Origin: Octopus vulgaris
Taxonomy: Eukaryota
DNA: 64,000 nt
NCBI GenBank assembly: GCA_951406725.2
Contig: OX597817.1
Location: forward strand, 55,614,001 to 55,678,000
Direction: 5' to 3'
Shown here: positions 44,550 through 58,751 of the stretch, one piece after another
Position numbering within the stretch: the stretch's first letter is position 1
Layout of the letters: every line of letters begins with the position of its first letter
The notes under the pieces: model-generated
The model's input: only the letters and a program-made list of their open reading frames with translations
Databases searched by the model: none
What the model was told of the DNA's origin: nothing
Made by a program: the position numbers and the translations under genes

Positions 44550-44775
44550 ATCTTTTACTTGTCTCGATCGTTAGACAGCGGCCGGCCATGGTGGGGCACC
44601 GCCTAGAAAAAGTTTTAGTCGAATGATTCGACCCCATTATTTTTTAAGCCTCATACTTATTCTATCGGTCTCTTTGGTCGAACCGCTAAGTTACGGGGGT
44701 GATGAACACACCAAAACCAGTTTTCAAGCGGTTATAAACGATAAACACAACACAGTCACAAAGACACGCACTCAA

Positions 44776-44825
<50 letters not shown>

Positions 44826-44988
44826 ACTCCATACGTCTGGCTTCTTTCAGTTTCCGTCTTCCAAATCCAATTACAAGGCTTTGATCGGTCAGCAGCTGTA
44901 ATAGACACTTGCCCCAGGTGCCACGCAGTGGGACTGAACCCAGAATCATGTGGTTGGGAAACAACCTTCCTACAACGCAGCCACACCT
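44550..44988 (-). mobile_element. SINE family B, full length
   Basis: Colinear with 55790-56218, internal (CA)n. Confidence 0.85.
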
Positions 44989-45394
44989 GGTATAGTTGAT
45001 CATTTTTTGGTTGTCCGACTCACATATTGAACAAGGACATCAACAGAAAATAGATGTTGAAAGCTGGGGAAACTGTATGAATCTTTTGCCATCTCCATTA
45101 TTATCGTATCTACGGAGGTCCTCTCTTTAAGTACACATTAATATATTTACGAAATAAAGTACATCCGTTGTGTTATTTATTCACCTTACGATAATATCAG
45201 TTATCTTTTGCTTGGCCAGTTATTATCTATCGAATCCACTGAGAAGGCTTTGGTCAGCACCAGAAGCTATAGTGAAGGTTATATATCCAAGCTAATACAC
45301 GGTGCCACTGAAACGGAATCAGCATATCTGAGAATCAAGCTTCTTATTACGCTGCCAATCCTGCGCATTCTAAGTCAAAATAGGAATGAAAATT

Positions 45395-45503
45395 GGCAGG
45401 AAATTAAAAAGGGGTTCAATCTTACTGCGTAGCACCTTGGGAAACCGTCTTGTACTGCAGCTTCGCGTCGACCAAAGCCTCGTGAGTGGATTTTGATAGA
45501 TAT

Positions 45504-45556
<53 letters not shown>

Positions 45557-45572
45557 TTTGTGTGTGTGTGTT

Positions 45573-45636
<64 letters not shown>

Positions 45637-45830
45637 AGTCTGTGTCTGTGTTTCTCCTTCACCGCTTGAGAATATGTACTGGTGTGTTTATGTACTCGTA
45701 ACCTAGCGGTTCGGCATAAGGCACCAATAGAATAATTAGAAACTGGGTGTCAACTAATTCGGCTGATAAGTCTTCAAGGCCACGCCCCAGTCTAATCACT
45801 GAAACAACTACAAGGTAAAAGATAAAAATA
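45395..45830 (+). mobile_element. SINE family B, diverged
   Basis: GCACCTTGGGAA, GACCAAAGCCTCGTGAGTGGATT, internal (GT)n, AGCGGTTCGGCA, decayed tail. Confidence 0.65.
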
Positions 45831-46306
45831 TGCAAAGGAAAAGAAAATTCGAGAAACTATAATAAAAAGTCCGGAGGGGGAGCACTAAGGAGTGACGAGT
45901 GAAATTACAATGTTATTATCAGTTCGAATATGCTTGATGCAGGATCGAACTGGGGAATAACCTAGTCACTGCGCATTGTCTCAGAAAATATATCACGTTT
46001 GTTGTCAAATGGTGTGTATGCTCATAGATCAGCTCGCAGCGCCATCTACGTTTACTGTGAGATGCTAGCATTTCGGAGTAGTTGTCCCCTTATCGGTCAC
46101 ACACCCACTAAGTAGTCGGTACTGCGAGCTGAATTAAGGGATTACTTCCAGTTCGAACGTGCACCAATCATATTCGGACTCATTATAACATTGCAGTTTC
46201 ACTTATCACTGCTTAGCGCTGCTCCTCCGTAATTTACTTATGATGGACCACAGCATAGCGCTGGCAGTCATCCTAGGGTGACTGGCAGTGTCTTCTGCTT
46301 AGTGTC

Positions 46307-46353
46307 TGTGACCGAAGAGGGAGGTAACTACTCCGAAATGCTAGCATCTCACA
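46307..46353 (+). ncRNA. Type I hammerhead motif, U4C variant
   Basis: TGTGA-CCGAAGA-G-GGAG-GTAACTA-CTCC-GAAATGCTAGCATC-TCACA. Stem I TGTGA/TCACA, stem II GGAG/CTCC, palindromic stem III ATGCTAGCAT, AUC cleavage triplet. Confidence 0.7.
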
Positions 46354-46636
46354 ATCGGAGAGATCAGCTCCCAGCGCCATCTACCTAGGATGGGAGATGC
46401 TAACATTTCAGAGTAGTTTTCTCCCTTTCGGTAACAGACATTAAACAGACGACACTACGAGCTGAATGAAGAGATTACCCCTCTTATACAATTTTACTTA
46501 TCACTGTTTAGCGCTCTCCCTCCGTTATTTACTTATGTTGAACCACCGCATAGCGCTGCCGGTCATCATACAGTGACTGGAAAAGCATGAGAGAGGTAAT
46601 CTCTTTATTCAGCCGGCAACGTCGTCTGCTTAGTCT

Positions 46637-46685
46637 CTGTGACCGAAGAGGGAGATAACTACTCCGAAATGCTGGCATCTCACGG
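46637..46685 (+). ncRNA. Type I hammerhead motif, U4C variant
   Basis: CTGTGA-CCGAAGA-G-GGAG-ATAACTA-CTCC-GAAATGCTGGCATC-TCACGG. Confidence 0.7.
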
Positions 46686-47466
46686 TCCAGGTAGATGGCG
46701 CTGCGAGCTGATCTAGTTGTATACACACCATTTGTCAACAAGCGAGATATATTCTCCGTGACAAAACGCAGTGAGTAGCTTGTTCCCCAGTTCGAACCTG
46801 CATCAAGCATATTCGAACTGATAATAATATTTTAATATATAGTAATGCTTTTATCGTGTTGCTGTTCTTGAGATATCGTGAAGGTTTCGAGTACGTTCAT
46901 CGGTACGTCAGATAATGAAGAAATGAATTTTGTGTCAAATAATTGGAATTAATGTTTGAATGTCAATAATATTGAAGGAATAACTACCTATGACACAGCA
47001 CCCGCATACACGCATGCTCCCATATGTGTGTGTGTGTGCATATGTGCGTGGGTGTCTGTCACTTTCCTTTTTTTTTCTTGCCTTTTCTCCTTTTTTTTTG
47101 TGAGTTGCTGTCCTTCCTCTTGCCCCGTTGATGGGGAAAGAATTTGTGTTGCAGAATAAAACGGCAGAGTATAATTAGGAACGACAGACAGGTTTGAGAA
47201 ATAGATAAGTGTAAGATAGACACAGAGTGGAAGACAGCAAATTGTGAGAAAAATTCAGTGATGTGTGAAAGATCTAAGTATAGAGGTGTTGAGACATTCG
47301 AAAATTAAGAGGAATTGGAGTGGCAGAATCTCAGGGCCACATTTGAATACTGACACACACACACATATGCACGTCTATATACAAACAAATATGCATACAC
47401 ACACACAAAAACATACATACATACATACAAATATATATATAAGTATATGTATATGTATATATATAT

Positions 47467-47499
<33 letters not shown>

Positions 47500-47530
47500 G
47501 TATATATATATATATGTATGTATGTATAAG

Positions 47531-47582
<52 letters not shown>

Positions 47583-47923
47583 AAAGTAAAAAAAAATATA
47601 CAAACTTGGACAAGAACGTGAAACAATTAGAAGACGACACAAAAAACACGGACGGGACATTCGAAGCCTTCAATCTTCAGTCAAGAACCGGATGATCTTC
47701 GCAATTTCGGCTGATTAATCTTGAGATTGATCCGACCTGGGCAGCCCCAAAGGAAAATCTAAGCCAAGCGCATTAGATTCCTTGGAAGAATATATGTATA
47801 TACACGCGTACGAGGAATCCTACTATTTTCTGTCGAGGGCTTATATGCCCCATTATGAGACTTCTTTCTCCAGTCATTGGGCGGTGACCTCTATAAGCTT
47901 TCAGCTTATAAAATAATATTACA

Positions 47924-48417
<494 letters not shown>

Positions 48418-48530
48418 CCGGAGTAAACACATAAATGTGAAACAAGGTGGAAAAAAGAGTACTCAAATACCAGGGGTAGAGTAATATGCTTTATTTAAAA
48501 GCAGCAGAAATTCAACAAAACCTGATACTC
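48418..48530 (-). mobile_element. Penelope-like terminal fragment, same family as 33920-34033
   Basis: Reverse complement AATAAAGCATATTACTCTACCCCTGGTATTTGAGTAC matches 33956-33992. Confidence 0.55.
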
Positions 48531-48548
48531 CGGTATTTTATTACCGCT

Positions 48549-48932
48549 TTGCGGTATTTCGTCTGCCGCTACGTTCGGAGTTCAAATTCCGCCGAGGTCG
48601 ACTTTGCCTTTCATCCTTTCAGAGTCGATTAAATAAGTACCAGTTACGCACTGGGGTCGATATAATCGACTTAATCCGTTTGTCTGTCCTTGTTTGTCCT
48701 CTCTGTGTTTAGCCCCTTCTGGGTAGTAAAGAAATAGGTATTTCGTCTGTCGTTACGTTCTGAGTTCAAATTCCACCGAGGTCGACTTTGACTTTCATCC
48801 TTTCGGAGTCGATTAAATAAGTACCAGTTACGCACTGGGGTCGATATAATCGACTTAATCCGTTTGTCTGTCCTTGTTTCTCCTCTCTGTGTTGTGTTTA
48901 GTCCCTTGTGGATAGTAAAGAAATCGGTATTT
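48549..48932 (+). mobile_element. SINE family A headless head-to-tail dimer
   Basis: Two bodies joined by GAAATAGGTATTTC (48731-48744). The array begins and ends with CGGTATTT. Confidence 0.85.
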
Positions 48933-49787
48933 TGGTTGGGCAAGCTATTCGTGGTGATTGTTTTCACGTAGTCAGCCAAATTGCTCAGATTTTAGAATTT
49001 ATAAACAGTGTTTAGAAAAATGGTGGCATTGTGACTGTCGTGGAGAAGATGGTAAGTGATCAGAGTCATGGTAGCAATGATGGTGTTGGTTATACGATAG
49101 TAATGAAGGTGATGCGGTTATGGTTTGTAATAGGGGTAGAGTAAAAGCGAGAATAGGGAAAACTCGAAAGAAGAATGATGGGATAGAGGAAAGGAATAAA
49201 TGATGGAATGAATAAATGAAGGAAGGAAAGAGTGAGAAGAACAGAGAATTAAAAAGAGAGGGAATAAATACGGAAAATGAATACGGAGAATGAAAAGAGG
49301 ATGGAAGAAATGAAAAATATGCAAAGTTAAAAAAAAAAAGCATGAAATAGAAAAAAGCAAATAATGAATGAGAAGAAGAATAAGAGGGAGGAGGGGGAGA
49401 TTAAGAATAGAAACGAATAAAAGGAATAAAGAAAAATGAGGCGGAGAAATAAGAGAAAGACGGCAGGAAAGATAGAAATGAGATCAAAAATAAGCAAGGA
49501 TAAGAGAAGGAATCTTTCAAAGAGGTGTCTGAATTGATTGAAAGAATCAAAGAAAAATATGTTTAAAGGAAAGAAACAATGTGAAGTCGGAAACTTGGAA
49601 GGAAGGAGAACAAAAAAAAAGAAAGAAAGAAAAGGGAAATAAAAGGAAAAGAGATGAAAAAGTGACAGAAAGATGAAAGGGCTTTGTTGACTTCATTTTA
49701 CATGTTGTAAACCCCAGTTTTGTGTGTTTGTGTTGCGTCTCTGTATTGTCTTCGATTTATTCGACCCTTCTGGCCAATAAACGTAAT

Positions 49788-49924
49788 TCTTCTTCTTCTT
49801 CTTCTTCTTCTTCTTCTTCTTCTTCTTCTTCTTCTTCTTCTTCTTCTTCTTCTTCTTCTTCTTCTTCTTCTTCTTCTTCTTCTTCTTCTTCTTCTTCTTC
49901 TTCTTCTTCTTCTTCTTCTTCTTC
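49788..49924. repeat. (CTT)n microsatellite
   Basis: Read directly from the sequence. Confidence 0.95.
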
Positions 49925-49946
49925 TCATCAACATCACCATCATCTA

Positions 49947-50081
49947 CTTCTTTACTACCCACAAGGGGCTAAACACAAAGAGGACAAACAAGGACAGACA
50001 AACGGATTAAGTCGATTTTACCGACCCCAGTGCGTAACTGGTACTGATTTAATCGGCCCCGAAAGGATGAAAGGCAAAGTC
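49947..50081 (-). mobile_element. SINE family A, 3' part
   Basis: Matches the body and tail of 1313-1530. Confidence 0.85.
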
Positions 50082-50939
50082 AGTTTTGTTTTGGTTTTGG
50101 TTTTCTTTCTGAAAATTTCGTGTCGAGCTCTACTTGGGTAACTTCCAGAAATGTTTTGCCCTGACCTGCAGTACTACCAAGTAGCACAGGTAGAAAGTCT
50201 AGGGCCACAGAAATGTCACGATGAGGAGCAACCCAAGATGTGCCAGAGAATGACGAAACTAGTCCTCATGCAGTCTTTGAGCTTTTCTGGCTTGTGAAGT
50301 TATGTGGAACAGCTGTTTTCGAGTGTAGAGCAATTCAAAAAAGTTGCCGAGTTCATTGTTGGAATCTCCTCACCACCCACCTTTAACTAAGCAGGGCAGG
50401 TGGTGTTCCTCCGTCTAGAGGCTATGGCGAAAGGAGTTGTGCGGTGGACGATGTTGAAAAGGCCGAGGCCACAGAATACTGTTTGGGCAAGTTGTCATTC
50501 ATATTTCCAAGTTTCACCTGGAAAAGAAGGGATTGTGAAGGGGGAAGTGGTGTCCCTCAGCAAATTTATCAAAAGATTGATAACTACGATACAAAATGTT
50601 CGGGAGATGGACCTACTCGAAGCAGGCACATGTTGATTGGAGAAAATCAGTTGGGCGTGAGCTTGTACTCATCGTGGTCAGAGTGATTCTAGATTTGTCA
50701 GTATTCTTTAATTGGCCCTAGTTGGAGGCTCTTCTTTATCAAGAAGATTATATCATTCATATGTTCACATTTTGTCTATTAAGTCTACATTTATTTCATT
50801 TCCTCCACTCTCCTTTCTTCCAACACACCATTTATGTAAACCTTCATACAAATTGAAAAACTGTTTTTGAAATAATTCCTCTCATCTGATGCCCCTGTGG
50901 CAAATAAATATTTTTACCATTATTGTTCAATAGTCTTAT

Positions 50940-51275
50940 TTCTAATCACGCGCCTTGGGTATGTCTTCTGGTTTATCATGGTACTCTTATTTTCAGAGTA
51001 CTTAAAGTGCTTTACATAGGATGTGCGCGGCATCTAGCAGTACTATTTTCAGTATGTTATATACATTTATAATTCCTGGTGTTTTGGTCATGAATTCGTT
51101 TGAATACTTTTTAATCAGACCTAATGTACCTATGTTTATAGGGATTGTTTCTGTTTTAGGCTCCAAATTCGGGTTAACACTATTTGCAGATCTTTATATT
51201 TTGAGAGTTTCTCCGTTTATTTTAGAGATGTTGCGTTGTCATCTGCCAGCATTGATATATCAATAAGAAGGCAGG
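50940..51275 (-). pseudogene. C-terminal restriction-like endonuclease fragment and 3' end of an R4/Dong-like non-LTR retrotransposon
   Basis: Manual translation LLIDISMLADDN...EKLSKYKDLQIVLTRIWSL / TETIPINIGTLGLIKK...KIVLLDAAHILCKAL* matches the IID...EK.xKYxDL...PxxIGALG...LLGTAHILR pattern of RLE-type elements. Confidence 0.75.
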
Positions 51276-52049
51276 ACTGGGCAGCCAAAGACAATGCGAT
51301 TTATTATTTCTTCCATATCACCACATATTCTACAGTTATTTGTTGTATTTCTCTTCATTATGAGTTTCAGGTGATTCTGGAGGGAAGGCTTAGATCTTGT
51401 GCTTCAATTAGTAAAATAAAAAAATGTCTTCAAGCAAAGAGGCGCTAGCATCTGTAACGTGCAAAGTCCACTTCTTATTTTCTATCAACTGTCAAAAGTC
51501 GAATTATTCCTTTGACCCTCAGCATCTGCGAAGGTCAAATGTCGTTGTGCTCGCTGTTCATGGTGGTGGCAGTGGTGGTGCTGTTCTAATACCGTTTGTA
51601 CTTTCATCCAAGTCAAGTAAATTCTAATAGTATTTTTATGTTTTCTAATGTACTTATATAAGCGTGTAAATAGTCATTCTCCTCATATATAAGCGTGTAA
51701 ATAGTCATTCCCAACATATAAGTTGTCCTTTTGTTACTAAATTCTCTTCCTTTTTCGTTTGATCAATAATTCTGGGCCATTTTTCTCTCGTAGGTAACTT
51801 CATGAAATTCTAAGGCGGCCATTTTGCAATGCGTACAAATATTGCAGGTAGTTAGTTATGTGTGAAAATTGTACTCGCTTTCGAAGTATCTGAAGATAAT
51901 CTTATACACCATTTTGTGAAACTGGAACGGAATTTTTCTTTTCTTTTGTTTTTCGTTAGGTAATCCTGGGAGAAACAAATATTTTTTTGTAAACAGAAAT
52001 ATGTGAAATGTGACTGATCACAACAGACGACAACAGAAACATCAACAAT

Positions 52050-52056
52050 AATAATG

Positions 52057-52104
<48 letters not shown>

Positions 52105-52499
52105 GCTACTGCTGCTGCTGCTACTACTACTACTACTACTACTACTACCATTACGACGACGACGACGACTACAAATACTAATAATGAGAAGATGAAGAAG
52201 AAGAAGGAGAATAATAATAATAATAACAAGAAGAAGAAGAAATAAAAACAAGCTGTAGTAAGAGCATGCGCAATATATACATATTGCTGTATACATAGCT
52301 ATATACATATATAGATTCAAACAAATAAATTTCCCAGCATGCAACAAAGATCATTATCAAAATACTCCAAGGAATAAAAAAAAGGTAAAAAAAACGAAAA
52401 GATGATGAAAATAATGTAAAAAAAGAATTCTGGCAAAACTTTCCTCGCGTATAGAGTATGAAGACATCATGGTGTGCAGCTAAAACAGCAACAACACCA

Positions 52500-52537
<38 letters not shown>

Positions 52538-52948
52538 AGCTGCTGCTGCTAGTATTATACTAAAAATATTAATACAGATAATGATGAGGAGAAGTGGTAG
52601 GAGGAAGTGGTAGCGGTGTTGGTAGTGGAGGAGGAGGGGTGTATGAGGAAGGGAGGAGAAGAAGGAGGAGAGGAGGAGGAGGAGGAGGAGGAAGATGATG
52701 ATGAGGAAGCTGATGATGATGAGGAAGATGATGATGATGAGGAAGATGATGACGATGAAGAGGAGGAGGAGTAGGAGAAGGAGTGGAGGAGAAGGAGAGG
52801 TGGAGAAGGAGAGGTGGAGAAGGAGGGGAGGAGTAGGATTATGATAGTGATGGTACGGATACTGACAATGATGATGATGTGATGACGATGAGGAGGAGAA
52901 TAATAAGGAGAGGAGGTGGAGGAGGCCCAGGACTTGGTGATACAATCG

Positions 52949-52983
<35 letters not shown>

Positions 52984-53322
52984 CATTATTGTTAGTATTA
53001 TTATTATTATTATTGCAATTATTATTACTACAGCTATTACCCACAATGCACACGGTTATCTGTAGTTTCCACATTAATTTTTATATCTTATTTTATTCCA
53101 TTTTCACTCCTTTTACTTTCACCTTCTCACTCTTGGCTTTCCAAACAGCCTGGCTTCTTCTTCTTCTTCTTCTTCTTCTTCTTCTTCTTCTTCTTCTTCT
53201 TCTTCTTCTTCTTCTTCTTCTTCTTCTTCTTCTTCTTCTTCTTCTTCTTCTTCTTCTTCACCATGCTCCTCCTCGTCGTCACCCTCATCATCACCACCAC
53301 CACCACCACCACCATCATCATC

Positions 53323-53357
<35 letters not shown>

Positions 53358-53750
53358 TATCACCCATCATCATCGTCATCATCATCATCATCATAACAAT
53401 CATCATCATCATCATCATCATTATCATCATCGTCATTAACATCCATTTTTTCTATCGGAATCATCTTGATAGCAACACTACAACGACGGCTACAATGACA
53501 ACCATCTCTACCACTACCACAACCACAACCACAATACCACTACGACCACCAACACCACCATTATTTCTTCTACTACTACTACTAACACTACCACCACTAC
53601 CACCACCACCACCACTACTGCTGCTGCTAGTAATACTTGCACCACCACGACCATCACCAAGATTGACATCACTCCAAAGAACAACTCCAAGTATCACTGT
53701 GACAAAAATCGCCGCCACCACCACCACCACTTCAATACATACCCCTTCTC
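52050..53750. repeat. Trinucleotide low-complexity complex (ACT, GGA, ATT, CTT, CAT, ACC)
   Basis: Read directly from the sequence. Confidence 0.9.
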
Positions 53751-54568
53751 TCACTTCTCCTCCAAACTCTCTCTTCCTCTCCCTTACTCTCCCTCCTCCA
53801 GCCACACCTCTTCTCCTGGCTCTTCAACTGTTCCTGTTTATCTCTCTTCCATATCAAACTTTTGTTTGTTTCCTTTATATTTTTACCCTTATACATTTTT
53901 TTTTATATCTCGCTATTTCTTTTTCGTTTCCTTTTCTTTCTATTTCTTCAAACTGTGTTCAGTTCTCATTGGACCTTTCTTGGAATTTTCTTCCCTTTTG
54001 ATACTATCTTTCTAGGATTTTGTTTGAAATATTACTGCTGTTGCTGTTCTTCATGAATTATCGTTTCACTGTTTCAGTGTGTAATGTTTTACGTTATTTT
54101 TTTCTATGTATATTTTCCCCTTCTTTATCATAATTTTGCTGGTGTTTGTTTAATTGTTATTTTTCTGTGTGAAGCTTTATCAAGCTTGCTTTAACATAAT
54201 CTTTTAACTTGAGCATTTTTATACATCTTTCTTTCGTTTTCTTCATTACATCTCAACGCTTTTCTTTTCAAATTCTCTCTCGCTCTCTCTCGATCTTTCT
54301 CTCACGCTCTCACTCTTTCTCTTTCTCTCATCTATTTTGTAGCGCACTTTCTGTACACATGCTTGTGTACATATATTGTCAAAGTAACTCACTCACACAC
54401 AAACACGCACACATATATATAAATACACACACACGTCATGACAATGTTGATGATGATCATAACAATAATTATCATGAGGTTGATGCTGATGATGATATTT
54501 CGCCCAACATGTGCGTGTTTGATAGGTAGACAGACAGGCAGACACATAGACGGATAGATAGATTAGAT

Positions 54569-54683
<115 letters not shown>

Positions 54684-55789
54684 CTAACCATGAACATTTT
54701 TATATAATGTATTGAAAATTGAATTTCAGAAATCTTTATCCAATGTTTTTCGTTGCCGATCGATCGATCTTCCGATTTTTGTATGTACATATATGCATGT
54801 ATGTATGTACGTACGTATGTCTGTCTGTCTGTCTGTGTGTAGTTATGTATGTATGTATGCATGTATGTATGTATTTATGTATGTGTGTGTATGTATGTAT
54901 GTGTGTATGTATATGTATGTATGTCTATGAATGTAGGCATGTATATGTGTGTATGAGGTGTATTTGTATGAATGTATTTATGTATATACATACACACCCA
55001 AATTCACGTTTTCTCTCTCTCTCACACACACACACAAACACACTCACACACACATACACACACGTATATTTACGTGGATACATACGTCCTCATAGATATA
55101 GAGATTGTTAGAAAGATAGATACACACATAAGTACGAACATACATACATACATGCATACATACATACACACATATGAAACACGACTGTGTTTTAAATTTC
55201 GTTTTATTATGGATTTTTCTTACATCCTTGCTATTCCATTATGTTTCGTTTGGAACAATAACGATCCTACATCCATTAACGTTTTTATATTTTCTCAATC
55301 TTTTCAACGAAATCAGGTTTAGAGATGCTTATTCTTGTTGCCGTTTTACAATGAACAGCAAGGATGGGATTGGATAGAATCGGATAGGATTGCAGTCGTT
55401 ATTGTGTTATTCGTCTTACTGACATCATAGCATTTAAAATGCTCGCGTATACTGTTAACGCGAGGCTATCCCTATCGCTCCATAATTCATTAATGACGCG
55501 GTATTCTTGCGCGTGTTAACGTTTGTTTATCCTGTACTATTAATAAAACCGACATTGCTATTTCATATTTTTTATCCTTTGAGAAATTCTGTATGCTATA
55601 ATAATGCTATTAAATAATCTCTTTTGATTAAGTTATGTTTGTAATCAAGGGAGCAATGGCTGTTTATGGTAAATGCATGGTCAGATGTCAAGAAAGTGTT
55701 TTCTTTGTGTGACCGTTTCATCAATTTGTGTTATGAAGTCCATAATGGCTATATTTACATTAAAATATATACTCTTTTTTTTTTTTTAC

Positions 55790-56005
55790 TCTTTTACTTA
55801 TTTCAGTCATTTGACTGCGGCCATGCTGGAGCACCGCCTTTAATCGAGCAACTCGACCCCGGGACTTATTCTTTTGTAAGCCCAGTACTTATTCTATCGG
55901 TCTCTTTTGCCGAACCGTTAAGTAACGGGGACATGAATACACCAGCATCGGTTGTCAAGCAATGCTAGGGGGACAAACACAGACACACAAACACACACAC
56001 GCATA

Positions 56006-56045
<40 letters not shown>

Positions 56046-56218
56046 CATATATACGACGGGCTTCTTTCAGTTTCCGTCTACCAAATCTACTCACAAGGCT
56101 TTGGTCGGCCCGAGGCTATAGTAAAAGACACTTGCCGAAGGTGCCACGCAGTGGGACTGAACCCGGAACCGTGTGGTTGGTAAACAAGCAACTTACTACA
56201 CAGCCACTCCTGCGCCTA
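55790..56218 (-). mobile_element. SINE family B (tRNA head, CORE-like segment, internal microsatellite, LINE-related tail), best-preserved copy
   Basis: Minus strand: GGCGCAGGAGTGGCTGTGTAG (A box), GGTTCAGTCCC (B box), ACCTTCGGCAAGTG (CORE-like), (TA)/(TG)n, tail GGCGGTGCTCCAGCATGGCCGCAGTCAAATGACTGAAA. Confidence 0.9.
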
Positions 56219-57213
56219 TGTATAATATCATGTATAAATATGTATAATATTTGCCATCTTCATTATACACCTGCAGTTGCCTACATTAGTATTAATGAGG
56301 GTATTATATTAAGCCAGGTGTTAGCTTTGATGAGGGGTTTATTATATTAATTTTGGTGTTTTTTTGTTTATATGTAGCTGTTTTCTTTCTTGATTTTCAT
56401 ACTCCTCTCATTCGTTCTGTTTTTATTTCTTCTTTTCATTCTTTCATGCGCTATATAACTCACGCTTAGAATCATCTTCGTCTAAAACTCTTATGTTGCT
56501 ATCTATCCATATTATACCTGTTATTAGTCCAAACTAAGCCACTCTCAATATTTTATTCATATTTCATCTATATTTCATCCCGAACACCTCTATACCTCAC
56601 CTTTCAATAAATCTATCAACATTTCTATCTAACCCCTCATTTGCTTTGATTTCTCATTTTTTTGTCACCCACGCATTCCATTCCATTATCAATTCTTACA
56701 TTCGCTTATTCTTCACCATTCTTATTTCTATTCTATTTTTCATATATCTCCATTACAACTTACCATTCTTCCTATATTTTAATATTTCAGAATTAACGTT
56801 ATTCCATTTTATTTTCATTATTTGAGCCACGAATTTTTTATAATTTTTTTCATCTTTATATAATTATATTCGAAATCAAAACTTGAATAATTTTCTAAAT
56901 TTCAATGTGTTCTAAGATTTTAAAATCCGACGATGAACTTAATTATAAAGGCGCAAAAATAAGAACGTCGTCACTATTTACGCTGCTAATAATAAATTTT
57001 CCTCAATTAGGAACGAGAAGGTATTGAAGTGGAGTGAAGTAACTTGCTTAAGAGTACATGATGTTTATAAATAGTTTACCTTTAAATTTGCAGAATTTCT
57101 GAGAGGAAAGAATTTAGGGAGACGATTCAGATTATAAAGTGGGGTTGATTACTAAGACAACTGAATTTCCTGAAGACTGCAGTGAGAACCATTGTGATAT
57201 TGCTAAATATACC

Positions 57214-57311
<98 letters not shown>

Positions 57312-57395
57312 CGTGTGTGTGTGCATGAGTGTATGTTTTTGTGAGGATAGCTATTATGGTAAGTTTTGAACGAAAGAAATATGCAGAAAATCAAT

Positions 57396-57437
<42 letters not shown>

Positions 57438-57581
57438 GAGAAAAAGAGAAAGAGGGGGAAGAATACGAGTGATAAAAATATTTGAAAAGATAACGGATAG
57501 CCAGTCAACAAAATAGCGGCATGTTACCTTGCCATGTGCATAAACACACATACGCCCACATGCAAGCTCAGAGACACACAA

Positions 57582-57629
<48 letters not shown>

Positions 57630-58620
57630 GTACATATGATCACACAAATACCACACGAGAGCGACGTTTTTCCAGGAAGTACTTCTGTGTGTCTGAATTT
57701 CTATTGAGCGTGAATGGTTATTGAAAGGAGCAGAACGTTATTGAAAACTCTTGGCTGTACTGGATAGGTTCCAGAGGGGATACTGGCTTGCTTGTCTATC
57801 CAGCCGGGTGGTGAAGTGCATTGTGACTAGCGATGTATAACGCCATCCAAGAGTCTGATCAATACAGTGATAATGTGATGCACAAACATTATGACACGTT
57901 ATGAAATAGGAAATAGAGGCTGTATGACTCGATATGAAGAAAGCAAATGTAGATCGATATCTAATATGAACCGTATGATACAGTATATGTGGATTTTGTG
58001 AGACGACATAATATATGAATCATGTGACGTCAAACAATATCTGGAACAGGTGATACGTATTCATTGTATTAAACTGAAATAGTGAACATCAAAACAATTA
58101 AGGAAAACACATAAAAACGAATTCTGGTTTCTTTGAATTAAAACGCAAGCGTTAATATACTTAATGCGACTCAGACTATTAAGTTTATACCTGCGATGAG
58201 AGAAGTAAATATTGAACAACACAAAATTCGCTGAAATAAAAGAACAAAGAACATTCAAAATCATTGTTTCTTTTAATTTTTCAAATAATTCTGCTGGATT
58301 CTTGATGCATGTGACTCCATGAGAACTAATAGAAGCAATAAAGGATGACGCGTTTAATACAATTGTGGCGTTCATTAAATTATACGTCGCAGAAGTTTTG
58401 CCACTTCAGAAGTCACATATGGTTTTTATGATATAATCTCATGGCATGATATCGCTTTTTTCAGGAAATTCTCATTAAAACATAATGTTCTTCCTTTTGT
58501 TTCTGCCATCTCTGTTTTTCTTGTAGAATTTGGTCTCACGATCATAAACCAGTGGACTCTACTCAAATATCGGGCAATGAGTTGTTCACCCCCTCTCTTT
58601 CTCCCCTCTTTCTTTCTCTC

Positions 58621-58690
<70 letters not shown>

Positions 58691-58751
58691 TTAGTTAGAA
58701 AACGGAGAGATCTAATGGATACAAATTAATTTATTGATGAATCAACATATT

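Larger units (their letters stand above)
45870..46830. mobile_element. About 1-kb modular foldback repeat carrying four hammerhead motifs (Penelope-like terminal repeat array)
   Basis: About 235-bp inverted arms 45913-46148 / 46592-46827. Internal inverted pair near 46290-46355 / 46361-46482. About 95-bp module repeated near 46190 and 46490. Confidence 0.8.

Noticed and set aside
47650-47690. Hammerhead-like CTGAAGA...GAATGTC on the minus strand
   Set aside because: GAAA is altered and stem I does not pair.
47825-47850. CTGTCGA-GGGC-TTATAT-GCCC half hammerhead
   Set aside because: No GAAA or stem III follows.
50215-50270. GAAACTAGTC palindrome with upstream CGATGA
   Set aside because: Core and stems I and II do not form.
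51655-51720. 31-bp tandem duplication
   Set aside because: Ordinary local duplication with no further structure.
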